From positions 22,501 to 86,500 of the IMG/VR virus record IMGVR_UViG_3300028822_000042: a stretch of 64,000 nt of DNA; one strand, given 5' to 3'. Below are positions 41,459-50,757 of this stretch, piece after piece. The position numbers and the translations under genes were made by a program. The stretch is from a virus. A model generated the notes under the pieces. It did no database searches, had not been told where the DNA came from, and saw only the letters and a program-made list of their open reading frames with translations. Positions within the stretch are counted from its first letter, which is position 1. Every line of letters begins with the position of its first letter.

Positions 41459-43415
41459 GGTTATGCCTGCTGTGCAGGCTAGACAGATCTCTGAGCTTCT
41501 ACAAGATTTACAGGTTTCTGGCTCTGTACGAAATGCATCAGAATATGAAGCTAAACTACGTGAGCTTTCTGCTCTGGTGAATGATGTAAATCCGGTACCA
41601 TCATTCAATCAGATTGGCTCTATAGTATGGGCTCTGTGTGCTTCTGAAGCTCATAATACAATGATGAAAGCCGCTAAGAATGATATAGAGGCTAGTTTTC
41701 TTCAAGTAGATGAAATTGGCTCTAAGGTTGAAGACCATCATAACCTATTTATCAAAAGTGTTATGGGTGACTTAGAGAGAAATCTGCAGAAACAAGAGAA
41801 TACAATAAGAAGACTAGAGTGGCTAGCTAACCAGTCTAATGAGTTCTCTCATGTTCTTGCTAATAACTTCTCTTCCTCTTCTCTTTTCCGGATACCACCA
41901 AGTGACTTAGAGGCAGATACTCTTTATTTTGACAATAGGACTTACAAAAGCAAGTCAGAAGTAGACTTGCCTTTGGCCTACACATCTGAGAGAGGCAAGA
42001 AACTAATTCTTGATTCTAGCAATAATCCTATTATTAGACCTATAAACGTTAAGCTTCATACTGACCAATATGCATACGGAACCGAGAAGTCAGTAGATTT
42101 TGATGATGATATTCTAAACATAATTGATGGGAAGCCAGGTACTTTTTGGACACGTACTGTGTATCTTAAGGATAAGGTTCCTAAGGTAAATACAGTATTA
42201 GAATTCGATCTTGGCTTTGCTAAAGATGTTGACTATATGATTGTTGAGTCAGGTACTCCTGATAGTTTTAATATAACAAACATACAAGGAGTCTCTCCTG
42301 ATGGCCATAGAATAACTCTTTACTCTGACCCTTTTGAGGTTAATGGCAAAGTAAGAAAAGATTTCTCAAAGACTTTGGTTAAAAGCATTATCGTTACTTT
42401 CTCTGTTTCTTCTCATAGAAGAGCAGACTACTTTCTTGATGGCAATGAAAAGACTTTTGAGGCTTTCTCTAAAGAAGGTAGGTTTGATAACATCATCAAA
42501 AACAATGCAATTGCGAATATAATCAGAGATGCTCTTGCCTCTAAAGAATTAGCTGATACATGTAATGTTCCCAACTACAGCTCATCAAGAGTTAGCTCCT
42601 ATGCTTATGTGTTTACTCTTGATAACGTTTGGTTTGGAAATAGCTTATACAAAGATACAGGTGTCTTTGTCTCTAAGCCTCTCAGACTAAAAAATCCTGG
42701 AGTCGTTGCAGTCCGTTCAGACGAGTTAACTCAAACTGGTGCAATTCAGAACTCTGTTGAGTATGAAATAATAAAGATAGATAGAAGTCCAAAGTACAAT
42801 GAATCTAGGTTCCCTGTACCTAAACTAAATCAGACTTCAGTCACAAGCGAAAGACTTATCCTTACCAATAGAGACACTAGTAGTGTCATTAATGACGTTG
42901 GCTCGTTGAGATTCCTTCCGTATATCGCATCAGATTGGTCCTTGACGCCATCAGCAGATAACTATCCTGTTACTGTGTACGAGAATGGAGAGACTCTTAG
43001 CTTTGGTTCTGATTGGCAGTTTGCTATAGCTAATGATAGCTCAGGGTCTAATTTCTCTTTTGATTGGAGTGGAAATCTTAGCAATGCTACTTTATGGAGC
43101 AATTACAAATTCTCTCCACCTAAGTTTTGGATAAAGATTTCTTCTCCAAAATTAAATTCTGTCTATACTGTAGATTATACAATTAGAACCTCTGATTCTC
43201 ATACAGCTACAGACAACAAGATCATATGGCTAGACAAAAACAAGACTACATCTCTTTATCATGGCGGCAGGGTAAACTTTAGACAGAAAGATCCAGATGT
43301 TACAATAGAGTCTGATGTTTTTCTGCAAGTTACACTTAGAAGAAACAAATCTTCTCAGGCAGCATCTCCAGAGCTATATGAGTATGCAGTATTAGCTGCC
43401 ACATATAACGAATAG
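41427..43415 (+). CDS. Virion structural protein, paralog A (helical N-terminus plus discoidin/galactose-binding-like domain)
   Basis: 'NIIDGKPGTFW...LEFDLG...VDYMIV...SPDG'. Confidence 0.6.
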   Translation: MTTKFLNSILRVMPAVQARQISELLQDLQVSGSVRNASEYEAKLRELSALVNDVNPVPSFNQIGSIVWALCASEAHNTMMKAAKNDIEASFLQVDEIGSKVEDHHNLFIKSVMGDLERNLQKQENTIRRLEWLANQSNEFSHVLANNFSSSSLFRIPPSDLEADTLYFDNRTYKSKSEVDLPLAYTSERGKKLILDSSNNPIIRPINVKLHTDQYAYGTEKSVDFDDDILNIIDGKPGTFWTRTVYLKDKVPKVNTVLEFDLGFAKDVDYMIVESGTPDSFNITNIQGVSPDGHRITLYSDPFEVNGKVRKDFSKTLVKSIIVTFSVSSHRRADYFLDGNEKTFEAFSKEGRFDNIIKNNAIANIIRDALASKELADTCNVPNYSSSRVSSYAYVFTLDNVWFGNSLYKDTGVFVSKPLRLKNPGVVAVRSDELTQTGAIQNSVEYEIIKIDRSPKYNESRFPVPKLNQTSVTSERLILTNRDTSSVINDVGSLRFLPYIASDWSLTPSADNYPVTVYENGETLSFGSDWQFAIANDSSGSNFSFDWSGNLSNATLWSNYKFSPPKFWIKISSPKLNSVYTVDYTIRTSDSHTATDNKIIWLDKNKTTSLYHGGRVNFRQKDPDVTIESDVFLQVTLRRNKSSQAASPELYEYAVLAATYNE

Positions 43416-43423
43416 AGGCTATC

Positions 43424-46400
43424 ATGCTAAACAAGCATCTTACTAAACCGCCATCAGATATTCTTTTGGCTAGGCTCAAATCTCTATTTGAAGATGTTAA
43501 TTCTGCTTATCAATCAGGGACAATGGTTCTTGAGAGCGATATCTTAAATGCTTATCATCAAGCTCTTAATACATTCTACAAGTCTTTAGATAGTTCTGTT
43601 ACTTCTGCTGTAAACGGTATTTATCCTGGTGCGCCAGCAGACCCAATAGAATTCAATGAATTCACTTCTGCTATTCAGAAGGACCTCAAGGCTATATTTG
43701 CTGAATTAGGAGCACTGGATAGGCTTGTTTCTTCTAGCTTTAATTCTATTATTTCTGAGCGCAACCAGGCACTAGAAACTAGCAAGAGAGTCTCTAATAA
43801 GCTTGGTGATTATTTGCTTTATTCTGACCCAAAACTTGGAGCAGGATATTTCTTTGGAGATAGCTTTAATACCTCTAATAGAGTAGATGTTGGTTCTGCT
43901 CTTGTAGGCACAGATGAATGCTATCTCAGTACAAATGAAGGTATTGTTCTTCTTCCTTTGGATGGAGAACCAGAAAGACCAAATATAAAGTCATTTATCA
44001 TAAATGCGCCTAGTAATGGAACTAAAGGAAACAATCACCAGATAAACTTCTATGGTCACGATCAGCTAGAGACAATAGGAGACAATGAACCAGATACTTG
44101 GTTTGAATATGAAAAAGTAACTTCTAATGAGTCAGAAGTTCCTCTCGTTCTAGACTTAACAATATCTCTCGAAGAGACTTCAGTTGTCAATCATATCAAT
44201 ATTAATCCAATTAATTTTGGAACTCCTACGCCTATTAAAGTTTCTGTAATAGAGACATCTAAAGATGGTATAGAGTATTTGTCTATTAAGGACGAAATCC
44301 CTATTAGTGATTTTTTATCTGAAGACGAAGACGATGTGTTTGAGTTGTCTTCTTCTGCTGCTAAGTCATCAGGACAGGGTTTCTATTCTTTCCTTCCTAG
44401 AAAGGCACAGTATGTCCATATCGTTCTTGAGCAGCATACACCATACTCAATTGAAACTGTAAATGGTCTGAGATTGAGATATGCTATAGGGATTAGAGAT
44501 ATAAATATTCTTAGTAGAAGGTTTAAAACTGAAGGAACACTAGTATCGACACGGTTCTCTATTGATGAGAACGCTAAGAAAGTCTCTCTGTGGGCTTCTG
44601 AGAACCCTGTAGATGTTTCAGAGTTAGCAGATATAACTCACTTCCTCTCTCATGATGATGGAGCTACATGGCTTCCTATTCAACCTCAACAGAGAGCCGG
44701 AAATCTTGTTCCTGAAATAGTTAACTTTAACAATATAGCCAGTGATGCAGTTTCTACAGAAAATGCTGTTGATACCTTCAGACATAAAATCTATATGCTG
44801 AGAGACCCTAATGCATTCACTGGAGACACTGTCATTAAGTCAGAAAGAATTCAAAAACTTGATGTTGTTACTTCTCCTTCTGGAGGACAAGCCTCTATAG
44901 ATCTAACGCAAACTCCTATCAAAGAAACAGTCAGAGTCTTGATGCCATATATGGGTAGCTTTAGTTGCCCCCGACCAAGACAAGGACCTACTGTTGTTGA
45001 TCAGTCTCCAACAATGGATTTAGATTTCATTAAGTTCAATGTCGATGTGGATGCCTCTCAGACAATAAAAACTGAGGTTTCAGATGGAGAAGGCGGAACC
45101 ACAACAGAAATTAGTGACAAAGGCACAGTAAGATATAAGCTTCCATTTAGAAACATACCAGACCTTAAAGATAAGATACGCGTATTCTTTAACGGCGCAC
45201 AAATAGAGTATCTGGCTAAAGATGAAGACCTCTTCTCTTCGCCGCCAACATCCCATTCGTCAATAGATGAGTATAGTAAAGTATATTATCTAAATCGTGA
45301 TGGACTAGAACTTCAATTTGGACATGTGGACAGTACTGGTACACAAAGAGGATTCATTCCTAAAGCTGGTTCTAGGATCGAGATATGTCTTGATGGAGAC
45401 AACCCCTCTATTTCTCTTACAGATAGAGGTTATGTTATAAACCTTATGGCTCCTAGTGATGGAGACAAAGAGAGTATAAGCATAGTTGCTCTTAAGCACT
45501 TGTCTGAAGATGAAGCAGAAACATATGAGATTGAAGTTCCTCCTGGTGCAACTAAGTTTATTCCTCCTCAGCTCGTATCTGCAAATATAAAAATAGATTC
45601 AGTTAAAGAACATATAAACAATAAATCCTTTACTGAGCTTCATAATATTGGTTCCTCTAAAACATCTTCTCCTAACAAGGAGCCAGATGTTAAGTTTAGA
45701 AACAAGAATATTTCTAGTAAGGTTAGTTCTGCTAAAGATCTAAAATACTCTACTCTTAAAGAGAGACTTAATGCTTATAAGGAACTTGAAGCAAGATTAG
45801 GAGAAGATTCTCAAGAGAAAGAATTCTCTTATGGTCCTACAGGTACTAGCTTCATTAGTGGTCAGGAAGGATCACTTCCACCAGTATTTCTTGAAGGAAT
45901 AGACAACTTCTACATCAAAGAGTTTGATACAGGAACTGGTGATGTTATTACTGGAGTCTCTAGACAGTTCACAGATAAGAAACCTTTCGTTGATGGTGAT
46001 TCCGAACTTAGAGATACATCTGGAGACAAGGTTAGTAGCAGATATACCTTTAATCCGCAGACTGGAACAGTTTACCTTGGCAGTGAACCATCTGCAGGCA
46101 GAAGAACAGTTCTTTACTGTAAGAAGGTAGACACTAAGGTAATTCCTCAGGAGTTTTGGAAGTTCGATAGAAATGTTGCGACTAACAGGATAGACTCTCA
46201 GAAGATTATTTTAGATCCTTCTGTAGTATTTACTGTTAAGCAAATAACTGAATACTCGCTGTCAGAAAACCAAGACGTTAGTGTTCAATTGATAAGCGGC
46301 AATACATCTGCTCATAGTTGGTTCAACAAGAGAATTGTTGTTGGCACAGTAAAACCCAGTTTGTCTTTATTTAATGAGGGAGTAGACCCTGTAGAAGTAC

Positions 46401-47137
46401 CGTTTATAGATGGAGTTACAGAGCTGTCTAGCATAGTAAACGTTAAGAATGAAAATATAACTCTTACTTCCATCGGCGGGAACGAATACCAAGCTACTCT
46501 TTCAGAGCTGACATCAAGCTATCCTAATCGTTCTCTTATAGGTTCGCCATCATTCTCTGCTGTGAGATCAGATGTATCTGGTAGCTCTCCTACAAATGCA
46601 TTCAATATTGATGGTCAAATAAGCCCATCAGAGTCTTTTAGTCTTGATGGACAATGGAAGGTGTCTGAATCAGGTGGAGATATTGTAATTACTCTGTTCT
46701 CCTTGTCTGCTCCTGGCTCTCATACAGTCTCGTATAGGTATGACGACTCTGATTCTGGAGTAGATACAGATGGTTTATACTCAGTCGATTATAAGAATGG
46801 AGCTATTTACTTCTCTAATCCTATTCCTGCTTCTGGCAGTGTAGAATACGAAGTCTCTCTATATAGTGTTTTCTATAATATGGCCAGACCAGTTAGTGAC
46901 CTAAATATAGAGGAAATAAATACAGAGAATAATACAATAACATTTTCTTCTGCTTTTGGTATGAAATTCTTGAAACAGGATTTAGCAGAAGACAGTAGAC
47001 CTCAGTATATGAAGATACTGTATGACTACTATAAGAAATCTACAGAATCTCTAGCTGATTTAGAACCTTATTTCTCTCCTATCTGTAAGGATATTGCCTT
47101 CCGGGCAGTTACCTCTAATCTACTAGAGGAGCTTTAA
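43424..47137 (+). CDS. Virion structural protein, paralog B
   Basis: 'TIGDNEPDTWFE...LDLTISL...VNHINI...SKDGIEY' and Asp-box 'SHDDGATW'. Confidence 0.6.
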   Translation: MLNKHLTKPPSDILLARLKSLFEDVNSAYQSGTMVLESDILNAYHQALNTFYKSLDSSVTSAVNGIYPGAPADPIEFNEFTSAIQKDLKAIFAELGALDRLVSSSFNSIISERNQALETSKRVSNKLGDYLLYSDPKLGAGYFFGDSFNTSNRVDVGSALVGTDECYLSTNEGIVLLPLDGEPERPNIKSFIINAPSNGTKGNNHQINFYGHDQLETIGDNEPDTWFEYEKVTSNESEVPLVLDLTISLEETSVVNHININPINFGTPTPIKVSVIETSKDGIEYLSIKDEIPISDFLSEDEDDVFELSSSAAKSSGQGFYSFLPRKAQYVHIVLEQHTPYSIETVNGLRLRYAIGIRDINILSRRFKTEGTLVSTRFSIDENAKKVSLWASENPVDVSELADITHFLSHDDGATWLPIQPQQRAGNLVPEIVNFNNIASDAVSTENAVDTFRHKIYMLRDPNAFTGDTVIKSERIQKLDVVTSPSGGQASIDLTQTPIKETVRVLMPYMGSFSCPRPRQGPTVVDQSPTMDLDFIKFNVDVDASQTIKTEVSDGEGGTTTEISDKGTVRYKLPFRNIPDLKDKIRVFFNGAQIEYLAKDEDLFSSPPTSHSSIDEYSKVYYLNRDGLELQFGHVDSTGTQRGFIPKAGSRIEICLDGDNPSISLTDRGYVINLMAPSDGDKESISIVALKHLSEDEAETYEIEVPPGATKFIPPQLVSANIKIDSVKEHINNKSFTELHNIGSSKTSSPNKEPDVKFRNKNISSKVSSAKDLKYSTLKERLNAYKELEARLGEDSQEKEFSYGPTGTSFISGQEGSLPPVFLEGIDNFYIKEFDTGTGDVITGVSRQFTDKKPFVDGDSELRDTSGDKVSSRYTFNPQTGTVYLGSEPSAGRRTVLYCKKVDTKVIPQEFWKFDRNVATNRIDSQKIILDPSVVFTVKQITEYSLSENQDVSVQLISGNTSAHSWFNKRIVVGTVKPSLSLFNEGVDPVEVPFIDGVTELSSIVNVKNENITLTSIGGNEYQATLSELTSSYPNRSLIGSPSFSAVRSDVSGSSPTNAFNIDGQISPSESFSLDGQWKVSESGGDIVITLFSLSAPGSHTVSYRYDDSDSGVDTDGLYSVDYKNGAIYFSNPIPASGSVEYEVSLYSVFYNMARPVSDLNIEEINTENNTITFSSAFGMKFLKQDLAEDSRPQYMKILYDYYKKSTESLADLEPYFSPICKDIAFRAVTSNLLEEL

Positions 47138-47138
47138 T

Positions 47139-49274
47139 ATGTCTCTATCTACATCCTATAAAGAATATCTTCTTGAAAAATTGCTTAAAGAGTATCTGTA
47201 TGATGGAACAATTCCTAATTCAGATGTTCTTGAAGATGATTTAGCTACATATAAGAAAACACATCCTGATCTGTCTTTGCCAAGATCTAAGTATGTTAAT
47301 TTCCTTGTAGATAGAGGAGACAACTCATCTGCATCTAACGTTAGAACTATTGCAGAAACATTTTCTGATGATGTTAGCGTTATAACTAGAGAGCTTTATT
47401 CCTTAGCCATAAAGGCATCTAAATACCATGACAGATGGACATTTGAAGCTAAGAGATTAGCGTCTTGGGCGAAAAAGTTAGAACAAAGAGTAGATTCTAT
47501 TCTGTTGTTAACAAATAATACAGATGGATACTTTGCTACTGTGGGGGATACACTTACAGACTTGAATGAAGTAGACACAGAAAATACAGATGCAAATGTT
47601 AATATAGATGAACAGCAAGTGACTGTTGGCATGGGTACTGACAATTTTGAGTCAGTAAATGCAATAGATCTTACAGGAATGAACCAATATGATGTGAGCT
47701 TCAGTACTCTTAGTAAGAGACCTGGAACTACATACTTTGATGTTAGTTCTGACAACTCATTGTTGGAAATATTCAAGTCTCATAATTCTTCATGGGTCGG
47801 TAAGGTAGTGTCCGCTACTACAGGACAAATGACTTGTGAACTTAAGGCTCAAGTTAGTACATCAGTAATTAACGTCTCTAGAATATCAATGCAGTATACT
47901 TCTCCTGACATTACAGGCAGGTCTACTATAACTGCCATGTATTCTATTGATGGATACAATTGGACTATAGTTCCTACTAGCGAGGCGACTAAACCATTAT
48001 TGTCTAATATGTCCTGGACCTTCCCAAAAACAGGTATTAGCTGGATTAAATTTATCATCAATAAACCATCTCATGATCAGGGCAAGTACGAATATCTTTT
48101 CTCTGCAAGGTCAGTTAAGTTATTTGGTGATACATATAGCACCTCTGTAGGTAGTACTTTTATGTCATCTTCACTTAGTGCTGTAGATGTAGAAGGCAAT
48201 ATAGTTGAATTTTCAAAGGTTCAGTTAGACTCTTGTGAAAACATACCAGACAATACAGATATAACTTATTACGTGTCTGCTTCTAAAGATGACTCTACCT
48301 GGACATCATGGAGTCCTATTTCTCCCTCTACTAGAGAAGGTATCCAATATCCAAAAGTTATTTCTTTCGGCGGTGCAAGCTATGTTGATAATACTGATAG
48401 CTCGATCAGCAAGCTAAATTCTAGCTACAGTCTTAAAGATATAGTTACTACATTTGATGATACTGATGTCGTCACATACAAATTTAAGACAAACAAATTT
48501 GGTGCAGTTAACACAAAGATAGAAGTTAATTCAGGAGACGATCCTGATGTTGTATCAAACAGTATTGAGGTTTGGAGAAACATTAGAGTAAAAGACAGCT
48601 ACCCTGATACCTCAACAGTTAGAGGTATTTCTAGAGGATGGGGTACTGATGATGGAGAGACCTATATTTGTTACTTTGAAATCTTTGAGTCAGATGGAAA
48701 GTTCTTAGATTTCGGCGATAACCTTTGTGTGGTAGACGGAGAACTTGTTAGTGGTGTTGTTAAGATTTCTAGAGGAGTTCATAAGTTTGAGACCGCCGCA
48801 GAGAATTGGTTTGATGTATCAGAAAATTACAACAATTTAGGCTATACGCCAGATACAGAAGAAGTTCTTAAGACAATAGATCCTCTATATCCATATAATC
48901 ATAAACTTGTTATTGAAGGATTTCCTTATAGCTCTTCATTTAAAGGCGAGAAAGTTTATAAGGGAACAGATAGATCTGCTGAGTCGTATTGTACTAGAAC
49001 TAGTTTATTCGATCTCGAAAACAATGTTAGTGGATATGGTAGTTTTGCAGTACGTGGAATAGGTGCTTCTGATATGAATCAGGTTATATCTGTTATGCTT
49101 AGATATGACCCTACAAATGTTGATTTTGTCAATGAGAAGGTTTTTGTGAAATGGAAAACAGCAGGTAGTGATTCTTCTACATACAAATACGTAAAACTTA
49201 AAGCTGTCTTAGATACATCAGACACTTCTTTAACTCCTGCAATTACGTCCTACCGCATTAAGTTAGGCGTTTAA
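47139..49274 (+). CDS. Virion structural protein, paralog C
   Basis: Same architecture as A and B; 'SIDGYNW', 'SKDDSTW' and C-terminal 'TPAITSYRIK'. Confidence 0.6.
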   Translation: MSLSTSYKEYLLEKLLKEYLYDGTIPNSDVLEDDLATYKKTHPDLSLPRSKYVNFLVDRGDNSSASNVRTIAETFSDDVSVITRELYSLAIKASKYHDRWTFEAKRLASWAKKLEQRVDSILLLTNNTDGYFATVGDTLTDLNEVDTENTDANVNIDEQQVTVGMGTDNFESVNAIDLTGMNQYDVSFSTLSKRPGTTYFDVSSDNSLLEIFKSHNSSWVGKVVSATTGQMTCELKAQVSTSVINVSRISMQYTSPDITGRSTITAMYSIDGYNWTIVPTSEATKPLLSNMSWTFPKTGISWIKFIINKPSHDQGKYEYLFSARSVKLFGDTYSTSVGSTFMSSSLSAVDVEGNIVEFSKVQLDSCENIPDNTDITYYVSASKDDSTWTSWSPISPSTREGIQYPKVISFGGASYVDNTDSSISKLNSSYSLKDIVTTFDDTDVVTYKFKTNKFGAVNTKIEVNSGDDPDVVSNSIEVWRNIRVKDSYPDTSTVRGISRGWGTDDGETYICYFEIFESDGKFLDFGDNLCVVDGELVSGVVKISRGVHKFETAAENWFDVSENYNNLGYTPDTEEVLKTIDPLYPYNHKLVIEGFPYSSSFKGEKVYKGTDRSAESYCTRTSLFDLENNVSGYGSFAVRGIGASDMNQVISVMLRYDPTNVDFVNEKVFVKWKTAGSDSSTYKYVKLKAVLDTSDTSLTPAITSYRIKLGV

Positions 49275-49300
49275 TGATACAATACTTTTGGAGGTTGTAG

Positions 49301-50746
49301 ATGTCTACACAATGGAACTGGTCATGGGTCGATTCTAGAGAAGATACTAGTAAGGCTTCTAATTCTATCGATCAGAGCGGTGGGACTCTTTATTCTTATC
49401 GTGCCGCGACAAGAGGACAACTAAGTGCCTCTGAGCTTAAAGCTTCTTTGGATTCAGTCTCTACAAATATCAATCATCAGTGGAGGCTATGGACTAATTA
49501 CATTAGGCCAATCCTGGATTCTTTTCCTGCTGGCAGTAGAGATGAAAGATGGCGTCCTGGTCGTGGACTGTCTTCAAAGATAGATGCTCTTAACTTTGGT
49601 GTTCAAGGCACAACACTATTTGTGTTCAATGATGCTGATGCCACTAAAGCATCTGGTAGATACTGGGACTCTGATTATGAGAGACCTAAAACTATTGCTG
49701 AAGCCATAGAGGATCTTTGGGGAGCAGTTAATGATATTGATACAGATACTACATCTGTTTCCTCTACATCAGTTGATTTAGAAGCACTATGGCTTGCTGT
49801 TGGTCATCATTACCAAGACTCTTCACTTTCTAGTGCATCAACAAGTCTCGATTCTAGAACTAGTCAGCTTGAGTCAAATATTAATCAGCTCGTAGATGAC
49901 CTCTATGGAGCTAGTGATGGTTTTGCTCCCTGGACGTTTGGGGTCCCCCTCTCTCATAGTGTAGCTAGGAATATAGACTATCTTCTTAAGCTTCATGGTA
50001 TCAGCGGAGGATGGCAGAACGACCCATCAACAGTAAATCATAGCTCTGTCTCTGTAGGTGCCCACACACACACATATACTGATGTTGCCCCTATGCCTTC
50101 GAGTACTTTAACTCAAGGCAGAACAGCTCCATATACATCTCTCTATAATGATATCCTAAGAATACGTTGGGAGATTTCTAGAACAAGAGGTGGAGCTAAT
50201 TGGTACTCAGATGCTACTGATCCAGTTGATGCTTCGTATGTCACTTTACAGAAGCACGTTAATTATTCTGGTTCTGGCTCTGTAGTAAATACAAATCCAC
50301 ATGGCATCGATTACACTAACACTGGTGCAAATACGATGCTAAGCAACCTAGCCAGATACTCAGGCATGTCAAGTTATACTTCTGGTATTGAGATGCCTAC
50401 ATATAGCTCAACAAACTATATTACTCAAAGTACTTCTCTTGAAACAGCAATTGGTGCTCTTGATGCAGCTCTTGCTTCCTCTTTGGGTTCTGTTGTCATC
50501 CGCAGAGACTATTCATACGACAGGTCATACCTTAGTGAGACGACTAGAGCTAATAACCCTATTACTGTAAATCATAATGTTGGTAGAAAACCATTAGTCC
50601 AAGTACATGATGTATCTCCAGATCAGATGGGATACTTTGGACAATACGAATCTCCAGCTAGTGAAGTCAATATTGTTCATGTAGATGAAGACTCATTCGA
50701 AATCTGGACGCCAGCTGAAAAGATTGAAGTCATTGCCTTGTTCTAG
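49301..50746 (+). CDS. Putative tail fibre-associated protein
   Basis: GGAGG RBS; 'HTHTY', 'NPHG' and C-terminal 'ITVNHNVGRKPLVQV' (H-N-L-G-type fibre module). Confidence 0.6.
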   Translation: MSTQWNWSWVDSREDTSKASNSIDQSGGTLYSYRAATRGQLSASELKASLDSVSTNINHQWRLWTNYIRPILDSFPAGSRDERWRPGRGLSSKIDALNFGVQGTTLFVFNDADATKASGRYWDSDYERPKTIAEAIEDLWGAVNDIDTDTTSVSSTSVDLEALWLAVGHHYQDSSLSSASTSLDSRTSQLESNINQLVDDLYGASDGFAPWTFGVPLSHSVARNIDYLLKLHGISGGWQNDPSTVNHSSVSVGAHTHTYTDVAPMPSSTLTQGRTAPYTSLYNDILRIRWEISRTRGGANWYSDATDPVDASYVTLQKHVNYSGSGSVVNTNPHGIDYTNTGANTMLSNLARYSGMSSYTSGIEMPTYSSTNYITQSTSLETAIGALDAALASSLGSVVIRRDYSYDRSYLSETTRANNPITVNHNVGRKPLVQVHDVSPDQMGYFGQYESPASEVNIVHVDEDSFEIWTPAEKIEVIALF

Positions 50747-50757
50747 GAGGACCTAAT

